Origin: Octopus vulgaris
Taxonomy: Eukaryota
NCBI GenBank assembly: GCA_951406725.2
Contig: OX597817.1
Span: 148,366,001 to 148,430,000, forward strand
Length of the DNA: 64,000 nucleotides
Direction of reading: 5' to 3'
Positions 1 to 12,989 of this stretch are shown piece after piece. Within the stretch, counting starts at the first letter, position 1. The number at the start of each line of letters is the position of its first letter. The position numbers were made by a program, and so were the translations under genes. Under the pieces are notes generated by a model. That model worked only from the letters and a program-made list of their open reading frames with translations, was not told where the DNA came from and did no database searches.

Positions 1-49
1 TATAAATTGGTGGAGTCATTTGCGGGTCATCATCAATAATCCTGAACTT

Positions 50-195
50 ACTTTCAACCAAACTCACGCATAAGGCATTGGTCCTGCTGCAGCTATTATA
101 GAAGAGACTTGGCTAAGATACTGCGTAAAGGGACTGAAATTGATATCGCATGATTTCAAAGCGAGCCACTTAACCACAGAGATATGCCTGCGCCT
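50..195 (-). mobile_element. Degenerate tRNA-derived SINE family A, 5' half
   Basis: Reverse complement starts AGGCGCAGGCATATCTCTGTGGTTAAGTGG and continues ...TTCAGTCCC...TCTTCTATAATAGC, matching the better copies at 20149 and 34835. Confidence 0.6.
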
Positions 196-1469
196 AAAAT
201 TAATTTCTCCTCCTTGGATTCAAAATCGAGCCGTTTAGATGACAGCCAGGAATCCTTATATTTATAAACAGCGAACAGAAAACTAACGTTCAAGAAGACA
301 GAATAAAAAAAAATAAACTTGGAATTATGTCAATGATATGCGCAGTATATAATATTGAAACTGGAAGTGACAAATGATGACTGACCGATGTCCATGAGGG
401 CAAAGTGTGTATACATGAACACAACAAAAGCATATGGGTTTAAGTTGAAGAAGAAACAGAAAAAATGAAAAGAAAATACAACAGGGGTCTAAAAGAACTG
501 ACTAGTAGCAAACATTCAAACAGTTGCATTAGAACTGTGTCAGTGCCTAGGCGGAATTATGCGACAAAAATTTCGATATGTCACAAAATAAATTAAAAGT
601 GAATTTAATAGGTTTTTATGCTAAATGATTAAAATGATTCCTCCGTACAATAATTGGTGATTTTATCATAGAATACCAGAATGTTCCTTTTTGCCTTAAA
701 TATAATCACAGCAGGTGATTAGGTTCATACGGAGAGCAATTTCACTAGAAGTATCACCTATTTATCTTTTTCTTATTAGTATTTATCATTTCTATTATTT
801 AAAAATGTAACAGAATCGATTAAAAGGAATAATCGCTACTTATACGCGTGAGCGTCATTTTTCTTGAACTAGAAGCCAAAGGTTGAACTATTGATACGAG
901 CGTAAACTTTTTAATATTCTGTTAAAGCAGAGTTTCTCAAGATACGGAAATTGAGAATTGCACATGTTACATATCAAAGGACCTTTTTGAATACGTCAGT
1001 GCAAATTGATAATGCTCGCTTCGACAGTTTCTCGTAAAAATCCATGAAGTTATCCGACGAGCAAAAGAGATTTTCTTAATGTCGGAATAAATACACTTTT
1101 ATATGCAGAAGCTAATGCGAATGAATACATTTTGTAAACAAATGTGCTTACTTTGTTTGATAATAAGAGGAAATATGCATGACACTAACGGGTTAGAGAT
1201 TACAATATGTAAAATACATGAGGTTATTCCGACAGACAGCGTGTATGTAAGATTTGAAATGAATGCTCTTATAAGAGATTGTTTGAGGTATTGTTGTATT
1301 TCTTTAAGAAGGAAAAGAATAAAGATGACGATAATTGAGCACGTATGTTATTATCTGTCAGGTTACTGGGTTTACAATCATGCTTTGTATATCATCCTTC
1401 TCTCATTCCGTGAATATTAATACCGAAAGTTGAGTGATTATAAATGACTTTATTTGTATTATACACATT

Positions 1470-1692
1470 GCTACATACACATACACTCCTATATACATAC
1501 ACGCATACACATATATAGCACATACACGCACATACACGCACAAATGTATACACAAAGAGCACACACACACACGCAGAAATTTATATACATACATATATAT
1601 GTGTGTATATATATGTACATATATATATGTACATATATATATGTATATATATGCATGTATATGTATATATATATATATATGTATATATATAA

Positions 1693-1730
<38 letters not shown>

Positions 1731-1765
1731 GTATATATGTATGTACGTATGCATGTATGTATAGG

Positions 1766-1812
<47 letters not shown>

Positions 1813-1940
1813 TGTATATATATATATATACACATACACACATAGACACACAAACTCTTTCACGCACACAAACACATATATATATATATATATACATATA
1901 TACTTACATACATACACATACATATATGTATACATATGCA
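1470..1940. repeat. Compound (TA)n/(CA)n/(TATG)n microsatellite
   Basis: Direct reading; source of the YI/TH-repeat ORFs. Confidence 0.95.
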
Positions 1941-2240
1941 ATTGATTCCACGCATACGTGTAACCTTATAACCGTAAGCGATAACAATCTTTCTAGATAT
2001 CAATCTGTCATATCGATATATAGGATACAACAAGGAAAGCATTAGTGTTTCAGTGAAGAAATATATTTTTTTTACTTCGTTGGTTCTATGTATCAATGCA
2101 TCCTACGACGGGGTTGAGTTGATGCACTTAGACTTTTACCAAAAAGAGAAAACAGATACAAGGAAATAGGGATTACGTGTGTGTGGGAGTGTGTTTGTGT
2201 ACGTGTATGATTACATATGTATGTGTGTGTATGTATGTAA

Positions 2241-2271
<31 letters not shown>

Positions 2272-2357
2272 CACACATATATATATGTAGATATACACGC
2301 CCACTCCATATACACACACTCACGCACATACACAGATACTCACACCCACATGTACAT

Positions 2358-2481
2358 ATGTGGTTCTGGGTTCAGTTTCACTGCATGGCACCGTGGGTGA
2401 CTGTCTGTCTTCTACTATAGCCTCAGGCCGACCAAAACCTTGTGAATTAATTTGGTAGCTGGAAACTGTAAGAAGCCCGTC

Positions 2482-2513
<32 letters not shown>

Positions 2514-2647
2514 GTGTGTGTGTGTCAGAGTTTTTCCCACCACCATTACATGCCAACTGATGTTGGTGTGTTTGCGTCCCCGTAACCAAGGTGGTGCACC
2601 AGCATGGCTGCAGTCAAATGACTTAAGCAAATAAAAGAATAAAAGAA
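2358..2647 (+). mobile_element. SINE family A, internally deleted
   Basis: B-box-like GGTTCAGTTTC, body TCTTCTACTATAGCCTCAGGCCGACC, central (TA)n(TG)n, tail CCAGCATGGCTGCAGTCAAATGACT and (AAAAGAAT)n. Confidence 0.85.
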
Positions 2648-2919
2648 AATAGCCCTAATTCTGCATGAATTTTATATTTTATATGTTTCTGGATGCTGCT
2701 GCCTTATGTAGTTTTCCTATTTTGTCGTTAAATGCACCAAATAGGAGTAATAAACAGTCCGACAACTGATGAGGATCTATCTTCTTTTGGCATCTTCTCC
2801 TGTACTTTCTCTCGTGTGTTTACGTATTTCTCACTCGTTGTGGCTTTCCTGTACACAATGTGTATATATAATAGAACGCCACGCAGCCTTGACCACAGTA
2901 ATATCTTACATATATATGT

Positions 2920-3140
2920 TTGTGCGTGTGTGTGTGTCTCTGTTTGTCGCACCGCTATTGTTTGATAACCGATGTTGGTGAGTTTATGCCCCCGCATCTT
3001 AGCGGTTCGGCAAAAACAGACAAATAGAATAAGTAGTAGGCTTACAAAAAATGAATTCTGGGGTCGATTTGCTTCTCCAAAACCCGTTAGGGCGATGCTC
3101 CAGCATGGTTGCAGTCAAATGACTGAAAAAATAAGAGAAT
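2920..3140 (+). mobile_element. SINE family A, 3' half
   Basis: TTAGCGGTTCGGCAAAA...TGGGGTCGATTTGC...CTCCAGCATGG...CAGTCAAATGACTGAAA. Confidence 0.85.
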
Positions 3141-3170
3141 AAATATATATATATGTATATATATATATGT

Positions 3171-3219
<49 letters not shown>

Positions 3220-3278
3220 CAGAGAAAGAGAGAGTATTTATATATATTATAAATATGCACTTTTATAAACGCATTCCG

Positions 3279-3332
<54 letters not shown>

Positions 3333-3787
3333 TGTGTTTCAGTGTGTATACTACTGTGTTTCCTCATGCTGATGAGTAATGGCTGGTATATTCATTTGAA
3401 ACTATGTTTTATATCAGCTAGAGTATAGAATTAGAATACTTTGAGTTTTTAAACGTCATCTGCGTATGAATTCTTGACGGATATACACCAGTGGCTGACA
3501 TGATTGCGGCTTATGATTTTATATATGGCATTTCTATTACATATATATATATATATATTTATTCGTAAGGAACTTTCTTCACACATGTATCGAAGAAAGA
3601 CAATCATCAACCCAACAGTGACTCTCGGGAAAGCCAGATGCGTTTCGACGTTCGTGGTGTATACCCTGTAGTCTCGTACCTAGACACAATCTGTCAACTT
3701 CGATATATAGTTAAACAGTGCATAATACATTCACTGATATAGCGGAAAGCTTACTGAGTCAAAATAAACTCGGAAAATTATGCTAAA

Positions 3788-4004
3788 TGATGATTTCAAA
3801 TTTTCGTACAAGGCCAGCAATTTTAGAAGAAGGAAGAAGTCGACATTATCGATCACACTGCTCTGTTGGTATTTATTTTACCGATTCCAAAGGATGAACT
3901 CCAATATCGACCCCAGCAGCATTTGAATTCGGATCGTTAAGTTGGAAGAAATGCCTCGAAGCATTTTTCCCGGCATGTTAAAGACTCTGCTAACGCGTCG
4001 CCTT
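3788..4004 (-). mobile_element. Degenerate SINE family B
   Basis: Minus strand begins AAGGCGACGCGTTAGCAGAG and contains TTCATCCTTTGGAATCGGTAAAATAAATACC, like the copies at 29669 and 44062. Confidence 0.7.
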
Positions 4005-4624
4005 ATTTGTTTTAAATATCAAAATGAAAATGAGAATATAAATTTTCAAATTAAAACTATTTATTAAAATATGATAATTAAATAAAACAAATTGCACTTG
4101 TGCACATTTACAATAAATACAGGTCATCATTGATAATGATCTTGTTTAACTAACAATTTATCGCTGATATAGCATAGTAATTAATTGTAAGATAGTTTGA
4201 CAATGTTTGCGTGACCAACTAACCAACCAACAATAAATATTGTTGCAGGTTAACTGTGATGTGACAATGTTTTAATACCTGTCATTTAGTTTTGCGGCTG
4301 TATGAAATAATTATAATTCATTTCTTTTAATATTGGATGGTGTATATGCCAAATACACAAATGGATCTGATTTTCAGATAGATATATTAACTTCAATAAA
4401 TATAATTTGTTTCGATAATGTAACGGCAACGCTTGGAGTTCCTAACGCATAGAATACCTATGACTCTCAAGAGAGCAACCGTTTAAGTTGTAATTAAGCC
4501 CAAGGTCACCTATGCTCACTCATCGAAGGAGAACCTAAGATATATTTATCACTTGTTTGTATTTGTGATCAGAAAATATAATAGCGTTAGAATTACAGTG
4601 CAAAAATGGGAAAAAGAATGAGAA

Positions 4625-5305
4625 ATAAATATAAAAATCTGCAAGATCATCAGCATAGTCTGTATTCATATACGTAAATGATTAACAAGTGAAACTAATT
4701 AGTACATAGGTAATTGCTTTTTATTTCGTATATTTTCATTTGTCTTACTTATTTTTACGCTTTGTTTTTTTGCTGAATTTTTTCTTGAGAACACATTCTC
4801 CGTGGAAAACGGCGATTTTGACGTCTATATCAAGCATACAGGCTGTCCACTTTTAGTGTCAATCCTCTAAATCTTGTATGTAAAAAATTTTTAATCATCG
4901 GATTTTTTTAAAAATATGCTAGTCCACTGGTTTTAAGTGATTAATATCAATTTCTACACTTATTTAATTTTAAATATAAAAATGTTCTCTGACCGGTAAA
5001 TTGACTGCTGTAGTTTATTAACTGCAGAGTAATTTCCGATCTCAGCGCGCCAAAGTGAAGACATTTGAAAGATACACATGAATATAATTTGTGGAACTTT
5101 ATACAATGCTGGATTTCGGTCGAGCGCCCTGTATCCAGTTCTACAAATTGTGTTTCGTAAAAGAGAGACTATGCTGATGATCTTGCAGATGTTTATGTAT
5201 TCATATACATAAATATTAACAAGTGAAACTAATTAGTACATAGGTAGTCGTTTTTTATTTCGTATATTTTCATTTGTCTAACTTATTTTTACGCTTTGGT
5301 TTTTG
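4625..5305 (+). mobile_element. Penelope-type/retrozyme-like element with tandem ~110-nt direct repeats and an inverted 5' piece
   Basis: 4661-4772 repeats 5196-5305; 4637-4661 is the exact reverse complement of 5166-5190; the repeats carry hammerhead sequence. Confidence 0.7.
5169..5243 (+). ncRNA. Type I hammerhead ribozyme motif, near-intact
   Basis: Stem I CTATG/CATAG; CTGATGA 5174-5180; stem II CTTG..CAAG with inner 12-bp hairpin ATGTTTATGTAT/ATACATAAATAT; GAAA 5225-5228; palindromic stem III ACTAATTAGT; GUA cleavage triplet ending 5238. Position 10.1/11.1 is U-U. Confidence 0.75.
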
Positions 5306-5326
5306 GCCTTACCCACGATCTTTTAT

Positions 5327-5378
<52 letters not shown>

Positions 5379-5384
5379 TCTGTG

Positions 5385-5575
5385 TGTCATTTTCTCTGCA
5401 TATCTCCCATAGCACTTGCCAGCCGGTGCTTGTCTGATTACGTCTCCGTAAACTAGTGGTTTGGCATAAGAAGTTGATAGAAATTGTACCAAGCTTGAAA
5501 AGAAGCATGAACTGAGTTTCATTTGTTCCCCCAACAAGGCCGCAGCCTAGCGACTGAAACAAGTGAAAGACAGAA
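5385..5575 (+). mobile_element. Degenerate SINE family A, 3' half
   Basis: TACGTCTCCGTAAACTAGTGGTTTGGCA...GGCCGCAGCCTAGCGACTGAAACAAGTG. Confidence 0.65.
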
Positions 5576-5625
5576 TAGCTAAAACAGATGTTGTGTACTT
5601 GAATCTGTTAATGTATTGAATTGAC

Positions 5626-5959
5626 AGTGAAAGCGCGTGGCTTAGTGGTTATGGGCATTCGGATCACAATCGTAAAGTCATGAGTTCAATTTCCGGCGAC
5701 GATTTGTGTCCTTGAACAAGACACTTTATTTCACGTTGCTCCAGTCCATTCAGCTGGCAAAAAAGAGTAGTACCTGGATTTCAAAGGGCCAGCCCTGTTA
5801 CACGCTGTGTCACGCTGAATCTCCCTGAGAACTACGTTAAGGGTACACGTGTCTGTGGAGTGTTCAGCCATTTGCACGTTAATTTCACGAGCAGGATGTT
5901 CCGTTGATCGGATCAACTGGAACCTTCGTTGTCGTAACCTGCAGAGTGCTCCTTTTTTT
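5626..5959 (+). mobile_element. Full-length tRNA-derived SINE family C
   Basis: A box TGGCTTAGTGG, B-box-like AGTTCAATTTC, T-rich end, 12-bp TSD TATTGAATTGAC at 5614-5625 and 5960-5971; second copy at 50520. Confidence 0.9.
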
Positions 5960-6496
5960 TATTGAATTGACTCTGTGTTATATCTGTTTGGAGAATCAAT
6001 TAAACCAATTTTGAATCCTTTAATATTTACTTCACATTTTAGTGAAATACGTTTATTATCTTAACCTGAAGAGGAAAAGTAGCAGTAATCACCCTTTTTC
6101 CAGGCTCTGTAAATCAACGTGGAATCTAGCCCAGACAGAAAATTTCAACGGAGGTGAATCAAAGCTATCATGAAAAAGAGATCAGGTGGTGATGTAAAAC
6201 CAGACGACAGATGAACGAGATAAATGTTGACGCTGAAATACTGAAATAGATAATGTAATGAATGAGATTGAAAATATTTTGTGAGAGATTAAAAATGGCT
6301 AAAAACATAAAAAGGAGAAAACAAATGCCGCAATCTACACGATGTGTTTTTGAAAAGTTTCAACAAATGAATTTCTTCCTTATTCATCATTAAATTCAAA
6401 TTACACTTTGGGAAAATCCGTAATTTATCAAATATTACAGTTTCTAATTCTTTCATTAATAAATACATTTTTAATATTATTAATTATTTTTGGATT

Positions 6497-6556
<60 letters not shown>

Positions 6557-6609
6557 ATATATATATATATATATATATCAATCCATATATCTGTCTGTCA
6601 ATCTATTTG

Positions 6610-6648
<39 letters not shown>

Positions 6649-6680
6649 GTGTGCAGCCCTGTGTGGCTAATAAAGAAACA

Positions 6681-6715
<35 letters not shown>

Positions 6716-6739
6716 ATATATATATATATATACATATAC

Positions 6740-6770
<31 letters not shown>

Positions 6771-6778
6771 CCCATTTG

Positions 6779-6850
<72 letters not shown>

Positions 6851-6967
6851 CCTATCTATTTATCTATCACTCTATCCATCTGTCTATCCATTTGTCTGTC
6901 TGTGTATCTATCTATCTGTCTATCTATATATATATATCTCTCTCTCTCTATATATATATATATATAC

Positions 6968-7031
<64 letters not shown>

Positions 7032-7035
7032 ATCT
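6497..7035. repeat. (TATC)n compound microsatellite
   Basis: Direct reading. Confidence 0.95.
6645..6679 (+). mobile_element. 35-nt 3'-terminal stub of the Tx1/L1-like LINE inside (TATC)n
   Basis: ATCTGTGTGCAGCCCTGTGTGGCTAATAAAGAAAC is 33/35 identical to the reverse complement of 60323-60357. Confidence 0.85.
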
Positions 7036-8337
7036 TTTCCTAACTACTTATCCATCAGTCTGACTACGTACCTACCTATCTATATTGTCTCTCTATATAT
7101 CCTATTTAATTTTATATGTGTATGTATGTATTTATATATATATATATGTGTACTTCCTCCTAGCTTTTCTCCTTTCTCTTCCTTCCCATATACACACACA
7201 CACACATATATATATATATAAGGAAGGGGTAGTAGAAGCAAAGTGAGAGATTCACACATATTCATACATATTTACAAAGACACACACACACACACACACA
7301 CAGACACACTCATACACATACGAATGCATTTGTTCGTCTGTATATCTCTCAAAGTTTCCCTGCATATATCTGTCTGCATCCAGTATGTATTCCATTTTCC
7401 TCCTCGGTCTTCTCAACTTTTATTGATTTTTCGTTTGAGCAAACACCTTTGCACACTTTCGCCTCCCTCTCCACCACAATCTCTATTTCTTCATCTCTCC
7501 CTCTCCCCTTTTCTCTCTCTTTACCTTTCATCTCTCGGACGTCTCTCGCTCCGTCTATATCTCTATCTCTCTCCTCAACTCCCCCTCCTTATTTTGTCTC
7601 ACTCTATCATTTCATATCCCCCCCTTCCATCGTTCATCAATTCATCTATTATTCACTACCACTTCATGCTGGCTGTTGTATCTACATAATTTTATATAGT
7701 TATCTCGCTGTCAGTTCTTCAACATCCTCTTTAAATTCATTTCTTACAACCCTCTTACACCTCCCTTCGTCTCTCCATTTATTCATTTCTTCCCATCATT
7801 TTCCCGTTTCATCAGCGTAACACACAAGCTTTTGCATGTGCAGCCAGGCTCATCATTTCAATGATTACCATTGTCAATACACCCTTTATTACTATCAATA
7901 CTACAATCGCAATAACCATCATACAATCATTGCCCCATTTCCATCATGCTCGTAACCACAGCCACCAACCAACTACACAGATACGACACAAACACTGCCA
8001 CCAACAATGCTAAAGCGACCACAGCTATCATCACCAAGCTTTCATTAAAAACATTGCCGCCATCTCCGCTACGAACACCGACGCTTCCACATCTTCGTAA
8101 CAGGTATCACAGCCATCACAATGCAATCACAACAGTAACAGCATAACCACCATAAGTTCTAAATATTATCATCATCTTTGCCAATTACACAGCCAGTATC
8201 TCTACAATGAATAACAGTGCCATCATCAGCAGCAAAGCCTTCACCGCAAATAGCAATATAGAGACGGAGGCAGAATGAGACAGAGTGAGACAGAGAGAGA
8301 GAGAGAAAGAGAGGGAGAGAGAAAGAAAGATAGAGAT

Positions 8338-8377
<40 letters not shown>

Positions 8378-8559
8378 TGTGGTATTTATTAATCAGTAAT
8401 ACAGGCCAGTCCGTTATCATTATCGCCATTATGGTGATCATTATTATCAACGGTGTTAACAGCAACACAAGGAACCGGCATCGTTGTAATTACGCAACTA
8501 CCATTCTTCTTATTCTTCACGACTAACAGCAGTTCCAACAACAATGTAGACCATTGCCA

Positions 8560-9160
8560 CTACCAGCACCACCACCGACACCGATACCATTAACCACGTC
8601 ACCACTATCACCATCATCGTCGGTATCATTGTTCTTCTCCTTTCCCATCATTATCATCTTCATCGTCGTCATCATCATCATCGTCAACATCATGACCATC
8701 TTCGTCACCATTATCATCCTCAGCGTCATCATCAATCACCATCACCACCACCATCATCTTCATCATCATCATCATCATCATCGTCATCATTATCATCACC
8801 ATCATCATGATCACCTTAGTCGTGTCCGTCGTCGTCATTGTCATCATCATCATCGTCACCATCATCATGATCATGATGATGATCATCTTCGTCGTCGTCG
8901 TCGTCATTATCATCATCATCACCATCATTATCATCGCCGTCGTTGTCATCATCATCATCGTCAGCGTCATCATCATCATCATCGTCATTTTCATGGCTAT
9001 CACCACCACAATCGTCATCATCATCATCATCATCATCATTTCCATCGCTACTGTCAGCGTTGTTCACAACATCATCATAATCATCATCATCATCATCATC
9101 AGCATCAACAACATCATAATCATCATCATCATCCTCCTCATCATCATCATCGCCATACTC
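8560..9160. repeat. Degenerate (CAT)n/(CGT)n/(CAC)n triplet array
   Basis: Direct reading. Confidence 0.95.
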
Positions 9161-9559
9161 AATCCCACTGTGGTAGCGGCCTCGTTTGTGTCGGCGTCGT
9201 TCTCGCCGTGGCCACCATCATCAAAAACTATACCGATATTTCATTCCGTTATTCTCTGTTTAGTTACAGATCCTTGGATTAGAATTTGTAATTGCGTCCT
9301 TTTCATAAATTATATCTTTTAAGGAAGCTGCCTGCAGTGAAGGCCATCCGATAGAGAACGATCTTTTTGTTGTAGTTGTTGTTGTCGTCGTTGTTGTTGT
9401 TGCTTCTATCAACAGCTCTAAAATAACCACCACCCACAACATCCCTCAATATCATCAAAGCTATCGTTGTAAACACCAACACAACGATTTTATACGACAG
9501 CATCAGCAACTTATGTAACTACTATTACTACTACTACTAACACGACCATAACTCAAATT

Positions 9560-9920
<361 letters not shown>

Positions 9921-10347
9921 AAAGAAAAGTCGATGGATATGACAGGTTAACTTGGGAGGTTAATAATAATAATAATATTCTTATTAGAATAATAATGATA
10001 TTAATACTGATAATAAACGATCATATTATCATTCATGATGATGAGGGTAACGGCAGAAACGATAATAAAAAGCGGAAAGATTATAGTAGTGGTAATAATA
10101 AACGTAAAACTAGAAACCCTGAAGATATAATATCAGCATTTCCAACTTCAGCAGCCACAAAAGGTAGCAGTGATGGAGAGTGATGATGTAATTTCAGATA
10201 TTGTTTTTAAGAATTTTTCTTTTTTCTTTTGAGAATTAGGAACAAAAACGGTAAAAACAACACCACCAGCAGCAGCTGCGGCAATATTACTTTCATTAAA
10301 TATCCTCAAAACTGCCAACGTTTATTGTTGCTGTTTTCTGTTTCCTT

Positions 10348-10546
10348 TCATCATCATTATCATCATCATCATCGTCGTTGTTGTCATCATCATCAGCATC
10401 ATGATCATCAACAACAACATCGTCGTTGTCGTCGTCGTCGTAATCATCATCAGCATCAACATCATCATCATCCTCATCAACATCGTCGTTGTTGTCATCA
10501 TCATCAGCATCATCAACAACAACATCGTCGTTGTCGTCGCCGTCGT

Positions 10547-10581
<35 letters not shown>

Positions 10582-10665
10582 ACATCGTCGTTGTTGTCAT
10601 CATCATTAGCATCATCATCAACAACATCGTCGTTGTCGTCGTAGTAATCATCAACATCATCATCG

Positions 10666-10699
<34 letters not shown>

Positions 10700-11050
10700 T
10701 ATCAACATCATCGCTGTTGTCATCATTAACATCATCGTCATCATCATCAGCAGCAGCAGCAACAGCCTCAGCAACTGTGTCATCATTATGATTATCATGA
10801 ACATTCTCGTTGCTGCCAACATCATTATCAGTAACTTCAACAGCAGCAACATTATCGTCATCGTCATCATCATCCTCATCCTCATTATCACAACCCCCAT
10901 CATCCTCATCAGCGGCGTCGCCGCCGCCGCCACCGTGTTCATCGTCCCCATTATCATCATAACCCCGATTACATTTAAAATCAAAATTACGTTGTCGTAC
11001 TTTACTTTAAATTTATCATCATCATCATCATCATCATCATCATTATCATG
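10348..11050. repeat. (CAT)n-based array with ~100-110 bp higher-order units
   Basis: Unit starting CATCGTCGTTGTTGTCATCATCAT at 10370, 10481 and 10583. Confidence 0.9.
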
Positions 11051-11254
11051 ACTGATCTCCTCTACTACCTTCTTATTGTTATTCCTTTTCTCTATTTCTG
11101 CAATGTTCCCTCAAAATAAATATGTTTATAACGAGAAAAAAAAACAGTATTTTTGTTGCTGGTGGTGACGGTGATGCAAGTTTTGAAGATGGTGGTGATA
11201 GTTGCGGTGATAGAGCCGGTGGCAATGGTGATGTCGTAGTCCGAGTTTGCTTGA

Positions 11255-11373
11255 AAACAAGATGGTTCCCGGTTCGGTCCTACTGCCTAGTATCTTGGAA
11301 TAGTGTCTTCGACATTTGCTTCGAGGTGAGCAGAGTTGTTAGTAGATTTGGTAAATGGAAACTGGAAAAAGCC

Positions 11374-11413
<40 letters not shown>

Positions 11414-11610
11414 TGTGTGTGTGTATGCGTCTCCCACTACCGCTGTTCGTTCGTTTACGTCTTCATAATCTTGAAGGGCCCAACAGAATAAGAAGCAGTA
11501 TTTATGAAAAACGTACTGGGCTCGATTCGTTCGACTTAAAGTTAATCAAGGCGTTGCTCTAGCATGACCGTAGTCTAATGATTAAAGCAAGTAATTGATA
11601 AAAGATAAAA
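11255..11610 (+). mobile_element. Degenerate SINE family A
   Basis: GGTTCGGTCC, GATTTGGTAAATGGAAACTGG, central (TA)n, TGGGCTCGATTCGTTCGACT, tail CTCTAGCATGACCGTAGTCTAATGATT. Confidence 0.7.
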
Positions 11611-11775
11611 GGTAGTGTTGTTGGCCCTAACTGGCGACGGCTGTAATGGTCCTTTCTGTGGGAGTGCTTTTTGGTGGTCCACAGAGGCATGCTGAAGGTT
11701 AACGATGGGTATGTACAAGCAGCAAAATATAACTTAATACACGACTATATATCTATATCTATATCTATCAATTTA

Positions 11776-11843
<68 letters not shown>

Positions 11844-12009
11844 CGTAACTGTCCGAAATTGTCGTGACTTTTGGTACTTGACTGATGAAAGAACACCAAG
11901 AATGACCCCTTCTTTCGCCTGTCCTAGTAATTGCTGTTTCTCTTTTCCGCCTTTGTGTTGTCTATCTGTCCGAAAGTTTTAATGCCCCTTTTGCGGTTTT
12001 GTTACATTT

Positions 12010-12086
12010 ATATATATATATATATACATACATATATACATATATATATATATTAACACACACATATATACATATGTATATATATA

Positions 12087-12165
<79 letters not shown>

Positions 12166-12369
12166 CAATTAAGGACAACTACTTAATAAGGAAAACTTAA
12201 CAAGAAATTGTCAGGTAGATAGCGTAAAAACCTCATAAGAGAAAAAATTTCGAAAATAATTATTTCTTATTGAACATATTAATTTATATATAGAGGGCAT
12301 TATAAATACATGCCAGAAGGCATTATACATACATGCCAAACGCTAAGAGGGACAATTAGTCATTTCTAC

Positions 12370-12433
<64 letters not shown>
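12010..12433. repeat. (TA)n arrays interrupted by a ~210-nt AT-rich insert (12165-12375)
   Basis: Direct reading; the insert has a 20-nt tandem duplication GGCATTATA(A/C)ATACATGCCA. Confidence 0.85.
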
Positions 12434-12435
<2 letters not shown>

Positions 12436-12989
12436 GGGGCAAAGGAAAGTGATTGAGTCTCTCATAGCCTCTCCTCTCCAGGTGTAATGATCGTTGCAGA
12501 ACTTCTACTTGGCTGCGCCTTGTGGAAAGTTCTTGCTTATGGCCTCTCCTGCACTACTGTGTCCACAGCAGCACCTTCACGCGGTACCCCCTGTTCTCAC
12601 TGAGCCTGCTGTGTGGCGCGACCGGTTGCTTGGTGGTATAACCAGGCGGGCAGACTGGGCTCGTTAGCCTTGGTTGGCAGCCACTCTAGGAGAAGGAAAA
12701 CTCTGACACCAAACCCTCGCTCCGCTGCCTTGCGGATGCTCTTGGGAGAGGGAAAGGCTATGGAAGTAAACCCAGACAGAAAATCCGGAGTGGAGCCCCG
12801 AAGGCGGTAGGGTGTCGAATCTCGACCCTTTTCCGGCAACTCCTGCAGCCAACCAGACTCCAAACGTACTGCACTGCATTCCTTTGGATTATGTCTGTGG
12901 GGCCGAGAGGGAGATTCTGGTGTCTGGGCAGCCCAGTGTCTTCGTTCCTACCGCCCAGGCTTGCGCCATGGAGAAACTACTCCATCGAT

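Noticed and set aside
1403-2096. YIYI/THTH/CVCV ORFs here and throughout the window
   Set aside because: Translations of (TA)n, (CA)n and (TATC)n, which lack stop codons; open on both strands in several frames.
2766-2800. Further CTGANGA motifs at 2766, 3370, 6066, 11882 and 31446 (-)
   Set aside because: No correctly placed GAAA-stem III-UH with a pairing stem I.
3633-3680. Hammerhead remnants at 3633-3680 (-) and ~52035-52085 (-)
   Set aside because: The GAAAC side and part of stem II are present, but the CUGANGA side and stem I are too decayed to call.
5626-5700. tRNA genes, also at 23398, 35421 and 45672
   Set aside because: These are SINE heads: acceptor stems are incomplete and they continue into repeat bodies, most with TSDs.
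8554-9322. 242-aa His-rich protein and overlapping Ile/Met/Asp-rich ORFs
   Set aside because: Product of (CAT)n; open in multiple frames, with no domain or splice support.
12434-12500. HDV-like ribozyme at the start of the RTE-like 5' UTR
   Set aside because: GGGGGGC/GCCTCTC could form P1, but no canonical P3/L3, P1.1 GG or J4/2 could be placed.
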